A DNA stretch of 64,000 nucleotides, taken from Carpediemonas membranifera BICM. Taxonomy: Eukaryota; Protista; Fornicata. Below are positions 22,380 to 32,234 of the stretch, piece after piece. How positions within the stretch are numbered: the stretch's first letter is position 1; each line of letters opens with the position of its first letter. Location of the stretch: positions 789,162-853,161 of the forward strand of contig JAHDYR010000064.1 in the NCBI GenBank assembly GCA_019828565.1, in the 5' to 3' direction. The notes beneath the pieces are model-generated. The model did not search any database and was not told the DNA's origin. It saw nothing but the letters and a program-made list of their open reading frames with translations. The translations under genes were made by a program, and so were the position numbers.

Positions 22380-25328
22380 ATGAACGCTAATACGCTTCAA
22401 GCTCTCGCGAATGATCCAAACATGGGCATTATATATGATACAAACGACCTCTCTGACCTCTCCAAGACTGGTACGACGGAGATTCTCTCTCCTTCAAGCG
22501 TAGCCTCGCCCACGACGCCCATTGTCGTAGAGCAGATGGATTCCGTCACACCTACAAGCCCAGTTACTTGCTCTTCGCGCCCAAAACCCACAGCTGTCCC
22601 TGACGAGTGGCATGATGAGGTTCTTTCCGTTGAGAGCATTCTTCTCGCCGTCGACAAGCTCCGCCCCCGTCTATTCGACCAAGCAGACTACATCCACGCC
22701 GATGTGCTGGAGTACCTGGAGATATTCGAGCAGCACATGAAGCAAGCCGCGCAGGACGCCGAGAAGCCCACCGCGCATCTTCATGACATCCTTTTCCACC
22801 GAGTCACGCCCGTACGCACTCTGATGGCACTCTTAGACGTCCCTCTGGACAACATAGCATCCACTGCCGCTCGGCTCCTCCACGCCGTGGCCAAGGTCGG
22901 CGTTCTCACAGACGAGTCGCCCCTCAGCATTGATCAGGTCGTCGCCCTTCTCAAGGAGTCACCAAACAGGCCTGCTCCCATACAGAGGTGGACCCTGCGT
23001 GCCGTGCAGGCTGTCGTATCAGCTCGAGCAGTGCCATCCTCAGCCCTCGACACCGTCGTCGCCGCCATGCGCACCCTGCCCCCCGCCCCCCTCGTCCTGC
23101 ACGTCTACGACGCCCTCGTGGCCTGGGTCGACGAGGGTCTCCGCACCCCAGCTGTTAAGGCCCTAGCGGACCAGCTCGCGGTCCACATGGACACGGGGCC
23201 TTACCCCACTCTCATGCTCGCCCGCCTCCTTCGCAGCGTCTATACCTGGGTAGGCAACCAGCCCAAGTTCTTCCCCCACGCCACCCCGTCCGGTGCCTCT
23301 TCTATCCCAGCCCAGCTCACTGTCTTGCTAGACAGCAGGGGCCTTCCTAACGCTCTGACGGCTCAACTGTCGGAGTCGACTGACCGGAGGGCGACCCTCG
23401 CTTGTCTATACGCCACTGACCGTCTCCTCCGCCTTGTCATGAGATGCGACCCCGTTTCAACTGTCCCCGAGCACTTTTTGTCTGCCGGCCTGCCCCTTGT
23501 CCTGGGCTATCTCATCCTCAGCAACGACCCGCACATTGCCGCCACGGCATCCAGGGTGTCCATGCTGTTAGTGGTCCACTCAAACGGCCCCACCCCCGCC
23601 GAGCTGCTGCTCTGTCACAACGCCGCCCTGTTGGGGGCGGTGATCAGGGCTCTGGCGTCCCCGCCGGACTGCACGGCCACAGATGCTGTTACTGAGGCCA
23701 GCGACGCAAAGCTCTTCACCCAGCGACAGAATGCACTGGCCATGACTCTAGTCGGCGCCCTGGTGAAGGATACGACGCTCAGACGGTCGTTTAGAGCGAC
23801 TGTCGTGGCCCTCAACGTCAGGAACTACATACCAGTGGTGGGGGATGTGCTAAGGTCGGTGTTGTCATCGGTGGATCTCATGGCGGTCAACCTACCGATC
23901 AACTCGATCGATAGATTGCCGGGATCTGATCCAGAGAATATGACGACCGTCCATGATCATGTCATGATCTCAAGATCTTTCACTGCGGCCATCAGCTCTG
24001 ACGACGGCCTTATAGATGCTCAGACAAAGCTCGGTAGGATTACTCCACCTGCAGATCTTGTGGATTCGATCGTTGATATGGCTAGATATGCTTCGACCGG
24101 CGCTGATGACAGCTATATCGAATCCTACGCCAAGATCCTCGCCAAGATGATCGTCAAACGCGCCAAGGACGTGGCCGATCGCCCAGTCAACCCGACAACT
24201 GCCCCCGCCCCGCCACGTTGGCCTAGCTCTGGCGACGGCAAGCTCCTCGGCCTCAACCTCAGTGGAAAGGAGGTGTCTGTTCTTCTATTGCGCCAGATCC
24301 TGCTCCACTCCGTCCACATCAACTTCCCCGAGCGAATGAGACCCAAGGCAAGGACCAAGGTCAAGACTGTCACACCGAGGCGAGGGGCCCAGGACATGCA
24401 AGAGACCGACGCAGACACCACCGGAGCCGGCTGCTATGTCGCCTGGGACCCCATCCTCGAGGGCTTAGCCGCGGAGTCGACACCAACCTCGGCTGAGTCA
24501 ACGCCCGTCGCCATGGAAGCCTCCTCTCGTGTTACCGGCAAGTATTTCGCCTCAAGAACCCACCCAACGATGCCGATTGCTGTCGATGCCACGTTCACTG
24601 AGGCGCCATCAACACCGACCCAGCGGGAGCCAGTTGGGCCTTACAAGATCCGTGCCCCCAAATCTTACAGATTCAGGCCAGATCTTCGTGCTGGAAACGT
24701 GTCTGGATCTGCCACAATATTCGAGCGCAGCTTGAGGTCTAGTTTGACGAACTCACTGAGCAAGGCCAGGAAACGCGTCAGTGTCGAGCCAGACTGGCCT
24801 ATCATCGACGTAGCGCCGTTCACGGCCCTTCGTTCCTTCGAGGGCGGTGACGCGGTGACGAAGCTTGTTCTTCCGCTGCACAAGACGGTCAAGGAACTCC
24901 GGAGACAGATATCGGTCGACCGCAAGAGATCAGTAGTCACTCCAATGCGGTCGATGGACAACGAGGCGCGGTCAGCCCTCCGCGACTCCATCCACAGTCA
25001 CAAGGCCATCCTCGATGCTGTGCGCCGGCTGATCCACTTCATAGCCACGGGGTCTCTCGACCTCGACCTCTCGACCGGCCTGACTCGACTCGACTCTGAC
25101 TCGACGAATCCATCCTTTACACGACTGGCCGCGACTGTGCTCGAGTCAGCTGTGGCGCTCCATTTCAAGATGATTTACGATGAGACGACCAGTCACGACG
25201 AGCTGCTCAGGATCAGGGCGGATGTAGCCGCAATGACCCTTGGGCCGAGCGACCTCATCGGCGTCATGCGGCTCTGTATCAGGCTGCAGGGCACGGATAT
25301 GACGATTGGCAATCTTCTCCATGAATAG
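22380..25328 (+). CDS. Hypothetical 982-aa protein, probably helical-repeat (ARM/HEAT-like) N-terminal half
   Basis: Long ATG-started ORF with Leu/Ala/Val-rich amphipathic helices; no diagnostic motif. Confidence 0.7.
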   Translation: MNANTLQALANDPNMGIIYDTNDLSDLSKTGTTEILSPSSVASPTTPIVVEQMDSVTPTSPVTCSSRPKPTAVPDEWHDEVLSVESILLAVDKLRPRLFDQADYIHADVLEYLEIFEQHMKQAAQDAEKPTAHLHDILFHRVTPVRTLMALLDVPLDNIASTAARLLHAVAKVGVLTDESPLSIDQVVALLKESPNRPAPIQRWTLRAVQAVVSARAVPSSALDTVVAAMRTLPPAPLVLHVYDALVAWVDEGLRTPAVKALADQLAVHMDTGPYPTLMLARLLRSVYTWVGNQPKFFPHATPSGASSIPAQLTVLLDSRGLPNALTAQLSESTDRRATLACLYATDRLLRLVMRCDPVSTVPEHFLSAGLPLVLGYLILSNDPHIAATASRVSMLLVVHSNGPTPAELLLCHNAALLGAVIRALASPPDCTATDAVTEASDAKLFTQRQNALAMTLVGALVKDTTLRRSFRATVVALNVRNYIPVVGDVLRSVLSSVDLMAVNLPINSIDRLPGSDPENMTTVHDHVMISRSFTAAISSDDGLIDAQTKLGRITPPADLVDSIVDMARYASTGADDSYIESYAKILAKMIVKRAKDVADRPVNPTTAPAPPRWPSSGDGKLLGLNLSGKEVSVLLLRQILLHSVHINFPERMRPKARTKVKTVTPRRGAQDMQETDADTTGAGCYVAWDPILEGLAAESTPTSAESTPVAMEASSRVTGKYFASRTHPTMPIAVDATFTEAPSTPTQREPVGPYKIRAPKSYRFRPDLRAGNVSGSATIFERSLRSSLTNSLSKARKRVSVEPDWPIIDVAPFTALRSFEGGDAVTKLVLPLHKTVKELRRQISVDRKRSVVTPMRSMDNEARSALRDSIHSHKAILDAVRRLIHFIATGSLDLDLSTGLTRLDSDSTNPSFTRLAATVLESAVALHFKMIYDETTSHDELLRIRADVAAMTLGPSDLIGVMRLCIRLQGTDMTIGNLLHE

Positions 25329-25371
25329 CGCTGTAAAATAGATCCCTGGGAATTATCAGCATTCAGGCCAT

Positions 25372-26199
25372 TTAGATGATCTCAAGTGAGAACTCAACAT
25401 CTGTCTTCCATTCATCGCCTGGACTGACAACGATAGGATCAGTTAAGATGCCCTGACGCACGAATGAGGGCTCGATGCACACATATCCTTCCAGCTCTGT
25501 CTTCCGCCAGACGGTCGTCCGCTTGAAAGCACGGGAATCGTGGGAAACAGTCACACGGCGACCACCGCACTCCATCGAGATCTTGCCCTCGTGGTCCATG
25601 AAGTGGTAGTCTGGGGCACCGCAGACCCTGTATGCACTCTGGCCGCTGGAGTCGGTCGTCTCCTGGAAGAAAGCGCTGTCCTTCAGAGGGATCTCGGCAT
25701 ATCCGGCCGTGTTGTCGTTTCCCGTAGTCGCCGGAGTGGTGACAATAATGTTGTCGGCATCAGATACCGCGAAATACGGGTGAACGCCTGGTGCAACAGG
25801 GAGGGCCTTGTCGCCTTCATTCTTCATGCCGAGAGTGAGTTTGGCGCCGAAATCGGTAAGCTCATACGTAATAGTAGCACTAAAATCGAATGGGTACATC
25901 GATTTCATCTCGGGCTTGCTGCTGAGGCCAAGAGTTACCTGATCGGTGCCTTGCTCGAGCACATCGAATTCGAAATCTCGAAAGAAGCCATGTTGTCCCA
26001 GATGGATACCATTCCCTTCACTTGGAACGCCAAATGAAGGCATGCAAATCGGAATGCCACTGTGAGAAACGTCGTCATCGTCGAAATAGAGCATTTCGTG
26101 GCCATCCACGACAAGAGAGGTCATTTTAGCACCAAATGTGTCAATAATAGCGCTAATTGATTTGTTCTGCAGCGCTATTGCGGTGCCAAGAGTCTTCAT
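25372..26199 (-). CDS. Aldose 1-epimerase / galactose mutarotase-like protein
   Basis: GA...SL...G.E.LY, SGIPICMPSFG, QHGFFRD, YPFDF, GVHPYF, YVCIEP. Confidence 0.88.
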   Translation of the reverse strand: MKTLGTAIALQNKSISAIIDTFGAKMTSLVVDGHEMLYFDDDDVSHSGIPICMPSFGVPSEGNGIHLGQHGFFRDFEFDVLEQGTDQVTLGLSSKPEMKSMYPFDFSATITYELTDFGAKLTLGMKNEGDKALPVAPGVHPYFAVSDADNIIVTTPATTGNDNTAGYAEIPLKDSAFFQETTDSSGQSAYRVCGAPDYHFMDHEGKISMECGGRRVTVSHDSRAFKRTTVWRKTELEGYVCIEPSFVRQGILTDPIVVSPGDEWKTDVEFSLEII

Positions 26200-26567
26200 T
26201 GATGAATTGTGGAGTTTGGTGTCAAATCTGGCGTTACATCGCGCTGACAGGTTACCTCGGGTAACGGGCCGTGAGCGGAGGGCAATGAGATCGCCTCGCT
26301 CCGGCATGGTGATGCGCCGACCAGGCGAGCCGCGCAGTTTATGCGGGCAGAATGGTAGAAAATTCGGAACATCCAGATCCGACGGCACGATACTGGTCAA
26401 GACCGGTATATCCGCCCAGTAGGTAAGCTGGCCGGAGTCCCCTGATCGTTTACACTAACTCTCTTCTTTAATAAACGATCGCCCCCCCGTTGGGTAGAGC
26501 AAGTATGTCTAGAGGCTAGGACAGCTAGCGACTCGAATTTGAGTTGCTGCCATAGGAATGAAAAGTA

Positions 26568-26639
26568 GGCAGCGGCCGGGATTTGAACCCGGGACCTCCT
26601 GCACCCTAAGCAGGAATCATACCCCTAGACCACCGCTGC
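26568..26639 (-). tRNA. tRNA-Pro(AGG)
   Basis: Reverse complement is GCAGCGG-TGGTCTAGGGGTATGATT-CCTGC-TTAGGGT-GCAGG-AGGTC-CCGGGTTCAAATCCCGG-CCGCTGC-C, followed by a TTTT Pol III terminator. Confidence 0.95.
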
Positions 26640-27171
26640 GCTGCATACCGTCGTAGACGCGATGCGTAAGTACGCCTCGGGGCGTGGTACAGGCCCAGAT
26701 GGACTACCGGCCATCTGGTACAAATATTCGAGAGAGATCGAATATTGACCAAATATTCGAATCAAATCTACGGTCCAGTTCAGACCAATTTTACCAAGGG
26801 GTTAAAACCCCATTCCCCGGTAGTTCCGAGAAGATGGGCGACGCACAGCCCCCCGTGACACTGGAGAGCCTGGAGGTCAGAGCATGTTTCCCATCAATCT
26901 CGGGTATAAATTTGATCTAATCAATTGGAGACTTCGACCGTAGTCGACTGCAAGTCGTGACGCTACGGCAGGGCGGAGCCCACAAGCGGGCATCCGTGGC
27001 CCGGAGAGGCCGTGAGCGGCAACCCGGCCTGGGCAGCCCATCCGGGCTCCCGGGTGCGGCGGCGGCGGCCTAGTGGGGCCTGTACATGACCCCACTAATT
27101 CTGGCTTCGTGGCCATTTGACGAGTTCAAATGGCCATTGCGCGAAACGAAGCCGATGCCGCCGCCCCCTAT

Positions 27172-27288
27172 TGTCACGTTGTGTTAGCTGTCCCAATCAG
27201 TTCTTTTATGATTGGTCAATGATCGTCAAAGTCAATTTAAAGTTAGTTCATCGTTTCCCTTCGGTGTTCCTGTCCCCTGCCCGTCACA
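27172..27288 (+). repeat. Family A 5' LTR (117 bp)
   Basis: Same sequence at 31550-31666 and, inverted, at 50781-50897 and 55060-55176. Confidence 0.96.
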
Positions 27289-27321
27289 GTTATATAACTT
27301 TCGATTAAGGCTACTTTCCCG

Positions 27322-30300
27322 ATGAACATTGACGCCCTGTCTAACTTTTTGGCCCCATGGTTGAATTCGGCTAAGCCGAAATCATGGTACTCGTTCCGAG
27401 ACAATTACCGTTCTTTTAACGCCCGCACGAACTCCGAAATTCCGATCTTCAGTCTCATTAGCCCCATTGTTATTCAGCTCCTGGAGCTGAGTGATCCTGA
27501 GCTCCATGCCTTTATCGCAGAAGCGCGCGCGGCACTTGAATCTCCTCGTGTGCCTGAAGTGGCCGAGGAGAATGTAGGCCAGATCGCTATGGTCGCCGCC
27601 GCGCCTGCAGAAGAAGAAGAGGACGAAGACACGTCTGACGACTCCGACTCATCCTCTTCCGATGATGACAATGAGCTGGCTCCCCCTCCCGAAGACTGGA
27701 ATGAGGCTTTTTATTGATCGCGTGAACCGCATCTTCGCCCCCCTTGATAAGCAAGATGCTCTCGACCGGTTCGACGATATCAAGTTCCCCGACGGTAACC
27801 TCTACGAGTCCATGCTAACCTATGTGTTCCTTTACTCGCGGATGATTATGAACTGCGCGCATGTCCGTCCGAAGGAGTCTTCGTTAGTTCAGAAGTTCCT
27901 GACCAACGTGCGCGGAGACCGTCTACGTGAGCGCTGCGCCACCTACAAGGACAAGCGATCGTTTGAACGAACGGCTCAGGCAGCTATTGCGCAAGCCAGA
28001 AAGGCTGAGCAAGCGGAGAGAGAAGGTCGCCGGTCCAAGAGTAAAGGGCAGGCATACGTTGACTTTCTCCTCGCAGCTCTGACCCAAGGTAAGCCTAGCC
28101 AAGCCTCTGCTCGTCCCCTGTTCCCGATCTGCCTCCTGCAGTGCCCCTCATCTGCGTTGTACGACACTGGCGCCACGGCCAACTTTATCTCAGAAGAGCT
28201 AGCTTCCTCGCTGCCCATTGAGCCTTCACTCGAGTCCCATCAGGTCCAGTTGTTCACTGGACAGAAGGTTAATACGACCCATGTAATGACGGCTGACTGT
28301 GAGTTCCCCTCCGCCACTGGCCACAAGCTCACGATCAAGACAAAGTTCATTATCATGCGCGAAAAGCTCCCAGCTCCTACAGTCATTGGGTTCCCCTTGC
28401 TCGTGTCCGCCGGATTGATCCAATTCCCCGCTGACGACCTCATTGTGGAGGTTGGGGATGATTACGACGACATGTTCGATGTGGATGCCCTACATGACGC
28501 AACTGAGACCACCACACCTACGATCATGAAGTTCGAGGAGCAGATATCGCGAATCTTGCAAGATCTACCTGGCCTCTTCGAGGAAGATCTGTCCGTGACA
28601 TCAACTCTGCCCCCCTTCAAGGTCAAGACCGAAGACCCAGACAAAGTCATTAACGTCTACCCCTACCGCTATTCCACACCTGTACGGACCGAGATTGTGC
28701 GCCAAGTCCATGAACTAGAGGCCCAGGGTATCATCCGGAGATCCACATCGGCATTCAACAACCCGATAGTCATGGCTAAGAAGCGGGGCGGAGCCCTACG
28801 ACTATGCCTAGATTTCCGAGCCCTCAATCTCATCACCTCGCCCGACAGTCACCCCCTGCCACTGATAGACAACCTCCTGGATCACCTCGAGGGAGCAAAA
28901 TTCTTCGCGGCTTTAGACCTGAAATCGGCTTTTCATCAAGTTCCCATGGCTAGTGATAGTTGCAAGTATACTGCCTTCACAGTGGATGGCCTGGGGAAAT
29001 TTGAGTACTGCCGCATGCCGTTTGGAATGAAGAATGCCCCTATCCAGTGTCAACGGGCTCTCGAAGCCGTTCTCAGTGACAGCCTGTACACTCAGGCCTT
29101 AGCGTACGTGGACGACGTCATCATATATGGGAAGGATAGGAACACCTTCTTGAAGAACCTCCGGGACGTTCTGCACAAGCTTCACGCGGCGGGTCTCCGC
29201 CTTAACGCTGCCAAGACAGTCCTCGGTGTCGAAGAAATCGACTACTTAGGATGGAGACTCAATGCACGAGGCCGCAGGATCGCTCCTGATCGCCTCCAGG
29301 CGATTCGCGACATCAAGCCCCCCACCAACCTGACTGAAGCCCGCTCGGTGCTAGGCCTGGCAAACTACTTCCGCCCCATCATCGAGAGGTATGCCGACAT
29401 CACAGAGCCAATCACTGTGCTCACCAGAGCCACTGCAGGCCCCTTCGCCTGGGGTTCCAGTCAACAAAGAGCCCTTGAGGCAGTCAAGACAGAGTTACTA
29501 ACGGAAAGGGTGCTACGACACCCACAACCTGATGAGACACTCCATCTGTACACCGACGCCTCGGACGTCGCCGTTGGCGGCATGCTCGCGAACGAGGAAG
29601 GGCACCCCATCGCCTTCTTCTCCCACACTTTGAACCCAACCCAGCGCCGCTGGTCCACCACTGAACAGGAATGTTACGGTCTTTACTTTGGAATGACGAA
29701 GATGAAGCGATATCTCGCCGGACGCCACTTCGTAACACATACTGACCACCGCAACCTGTTATTTGCCCACAAATCCACCAACGCCAAAGTCATTCGCTGG
29801 CGACTAGCGATGAATGAGTTCGACTTCGACCTCGTCCATATCCCTGGTCAAGAGAACACCGTTGCTGACACGCTATCTCGCCTAGTCCATGTGAGCACTG
29901 CAGAAGCATCGCTCAACAAGCGCGAGACGTTCAAGGCACACCATGGCGGTTCAGCAGGACACCTCGGTGTTCGCGCCACCTGCCGTCGCATCGCGAACGC
30001 GGGACAATCTTGGCCGGGTCTCCACAAAGACGTCCAACAATGGGTAAGTGAGTGCCCAGTCTGTCAGCTCACCCGTCTGAACGTTCAACCCGTCGGCCAG
30101 CACCCGCATGCATTGGCTGGGGCATACCCCTTCCAAGTGGTACAAATGGACCACATTGGTCCGCTAGATGGTGTGGTGCAACCCAGATGAAGAGGAAGTG
30201 ATTTAAAGAGTCAACCCTCGGTGGGGAAAAGGGTTAAAACTAAAATATCAATTAAACGCACTACAGATGGTCACCCCTCACTCCGGCACGCACTAGTCGT

Positions 30301-31244
30301 AGTTGACACATTCTCTAAGCTCACCCAAGTGTACCCGACACAGTCGACCTCGACAGCAGAGGTCATCAACTCTTTAGAACACTGGATCAAACACTATGGA
30401 ATACCCGAAGCTATCGTCTCTGACAACGCATCCGGATTCTCTTCCCAGGCATTCAAGTCATTCGTGGCCGAGAATGGCATTAGGCATGAACTCGGTACAG
30501 CTTATCACCCGGCAGGCCGTGGTGTAGTTGAAAGACGCAACGCCGAGATCAAGCGCCATTTGAAGGCTTTTACCCTTGAATCAGGCAGGAGCTGGCCTGA
30601 GGAAGTCCCCAACACAGTGATTCTGCTCAACGACATCCCCTATGAGTACAGCGGCCTTTTCAGCCAACGCTGCTCTCTTCGGTAAGCAGCTCCACACGAC
30701 CAACAACGCGACCGATGACTCCCCTATTTCCCTCGAGCACTTCCGCTCATCCCTCCTCGCCCTTCAGGCCCACCAAGGATCAGCAGTGTCACGCGAGCCC
30801 CCTTCGGAGACGCACGCACCAATCGTTGGCGCAGCGGTTCTACTCCGGCGAGACACGCCCGTTGGCCCTATCATCCGAGGCCCTATGCGAGTCCTCTCAC
30901 CTGGCGACCACCCTAACGTCTACACCCTCAAGGACCTGACAACTCTTGCAACCGTCACAGCGCACGCAGACTCTCTTTATACGTTTAAGGGGTCATATAC
31001 AGATGCTGAGCTGCAACGATGGGCCGCCCGCCTGCACAACGAGTATGTCGTCCGAGGAGTTGACGCCCACCGCTGCAGGCAGAGGAACCTCCAATTCCAC
31101 GTGCTCTGGCACGGCTACGACGATAGTGAGGCAACTTGGGAGCCTTTTACCCGAGACCTCGACAAGCTCGCTGCCCTTGACGACTATCTTGCTGAGCATC
31201 CCCAATTGCTCAAGAAGATGAAGAGCGCCCGTAAAGCTCTCTAG
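27322..31244 (+). pseudogene. Family A gag-pol (interrupted)
   Basis: PR YDTGA, RT YVDD, RH TDAS, IN zinc finger (H..GH...CPVC) and DDE core, GPMRV, chromodomain. Broken by homopolymer indels at about 27710 and 30660 and by a solo-LTR insertion. Confidence 0.92.
30172..30265. mobile_element. 94-bp solo LTR of a fifth family, inserted in the family A integrase
   Basis: TGT...ACA ends flanked by a GATGG duplication (30167-30171, 30266-30270); the insert is absent from copy A2 at about 52180. Confidence 0.85.
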
Positions 31245-31549
31245 TTGTCGTCATCTACTTAATAATACTCCACATCTCTCATTGCGGAGGCAGAAACCGC
31301 AGATTTGCAAGTGCGGCTCTTGTATTGTGTGCTTTGCGTTGAGAATGATGCGGAACACGACGCCGTTCAAGAATATTGATGTTGATTAGTTACTTAGCGG
31401 TTCGTTGTATGATTTTGCGTGTATCCGGACAGATTTTCCACCATGCGAGTTCACCACCATCCTTCTGAATCAATTGATGAGGGGCCGAATGGCGACCCCA
31501 ATTGAACCCCCTACGAACATAGACGGCCTATGCCCACTCATGGAGGCAG

Positions 31550-31666
31550 TGTCACGTTGTGTTAGCTGTCCCAATCAGTTCTTTTATGATTGGTCAATGA
31601 TCGTCAAAGTCAATTTAAAGTTAGTTCATCGTTTCCCTTCGGTGTTCCTGTCCCCTGCCCGTCACA
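31550..31666 (+). repeat. Family A 3' LTR
   Basis: Identical to the 5' LTR; preceded by the short purine tract GGAGGCAG and followed by TSD CCTAT. Confidence 0.96.
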
Positions 31667-32234
31667 CCTATTAAACATCTTGTTGCCTACCTGCGGAGCA
31701 GCCGTTGGAATCGTACGCAGTGCGTGAAGGTGAGCGGAGGCACCGGACGATCTTCGGCTGAGCGGTCGAGGTCTTATTGATGCTGGCTCTTAGGTCGAAT
31801 CAGAGTCAGATCAATCCTGGCCAGTTCGAAGAAAGGCAAGAATACTATGCAGATGAACCGCACAGCAGCCACGGCTGCCTATCCCCCGAAGGACGGGGTG
31901 ACTCCGGGACTCTGGCCGAGGCCAACAAGTAAGAGGGTCCCGGAGAGACGAATTTAGCTTACACTAGCATGGGAGAGAGCACTATAAATTCGTTTCCCCC
32001 CCTCTGGGAGTGTAGACAGAGTCTACCGGAGTGTCTGCTTGCCAGACGGCTCCTCATTTCAGAGGGAGTGACATTGGAGCATGGGCGACGGATTTGGCCC
32101 AACCGATTTGGCTCAGGGAATCAAATCGTATCAGGATCGTGCCCAGTTGGGAACGATGGACGACGATAACGAGAACAACCCAAAATCGCATTGGGTCGCG
32201 CACTAGCTCAGTGGGTAAAGGAGCCGCACCCACC

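Larger units (their letters stand above)
27172..31666 (+). mobile_element. Full-length Ty3/Gypsy chromodomain LTR retrotransposon, family A copy 1
   Basis: Identical 117-bp TGT...ACA LTRs (27172-27288, 31550-31666); 5-bp TSD CCTAT; domain order gag-PR-RT-RH-IN-chromodomain. Confidence 0.96.

Noticed and set aside
26639-27172. Ty3-like targeting upstream of the tRNA gene
   Set aside because: A1 is about 530 bp from tRNA-Pro, and the other A copies are not near tRNAs.
27700-27745. Programmed gag-pol frameshift in family A
   Set aside because: A1 and A2 shift at different homopolymers (T5 vs T4; C6 vs C7). Their consensus is one continuous ORF, so these are errors or mutations.
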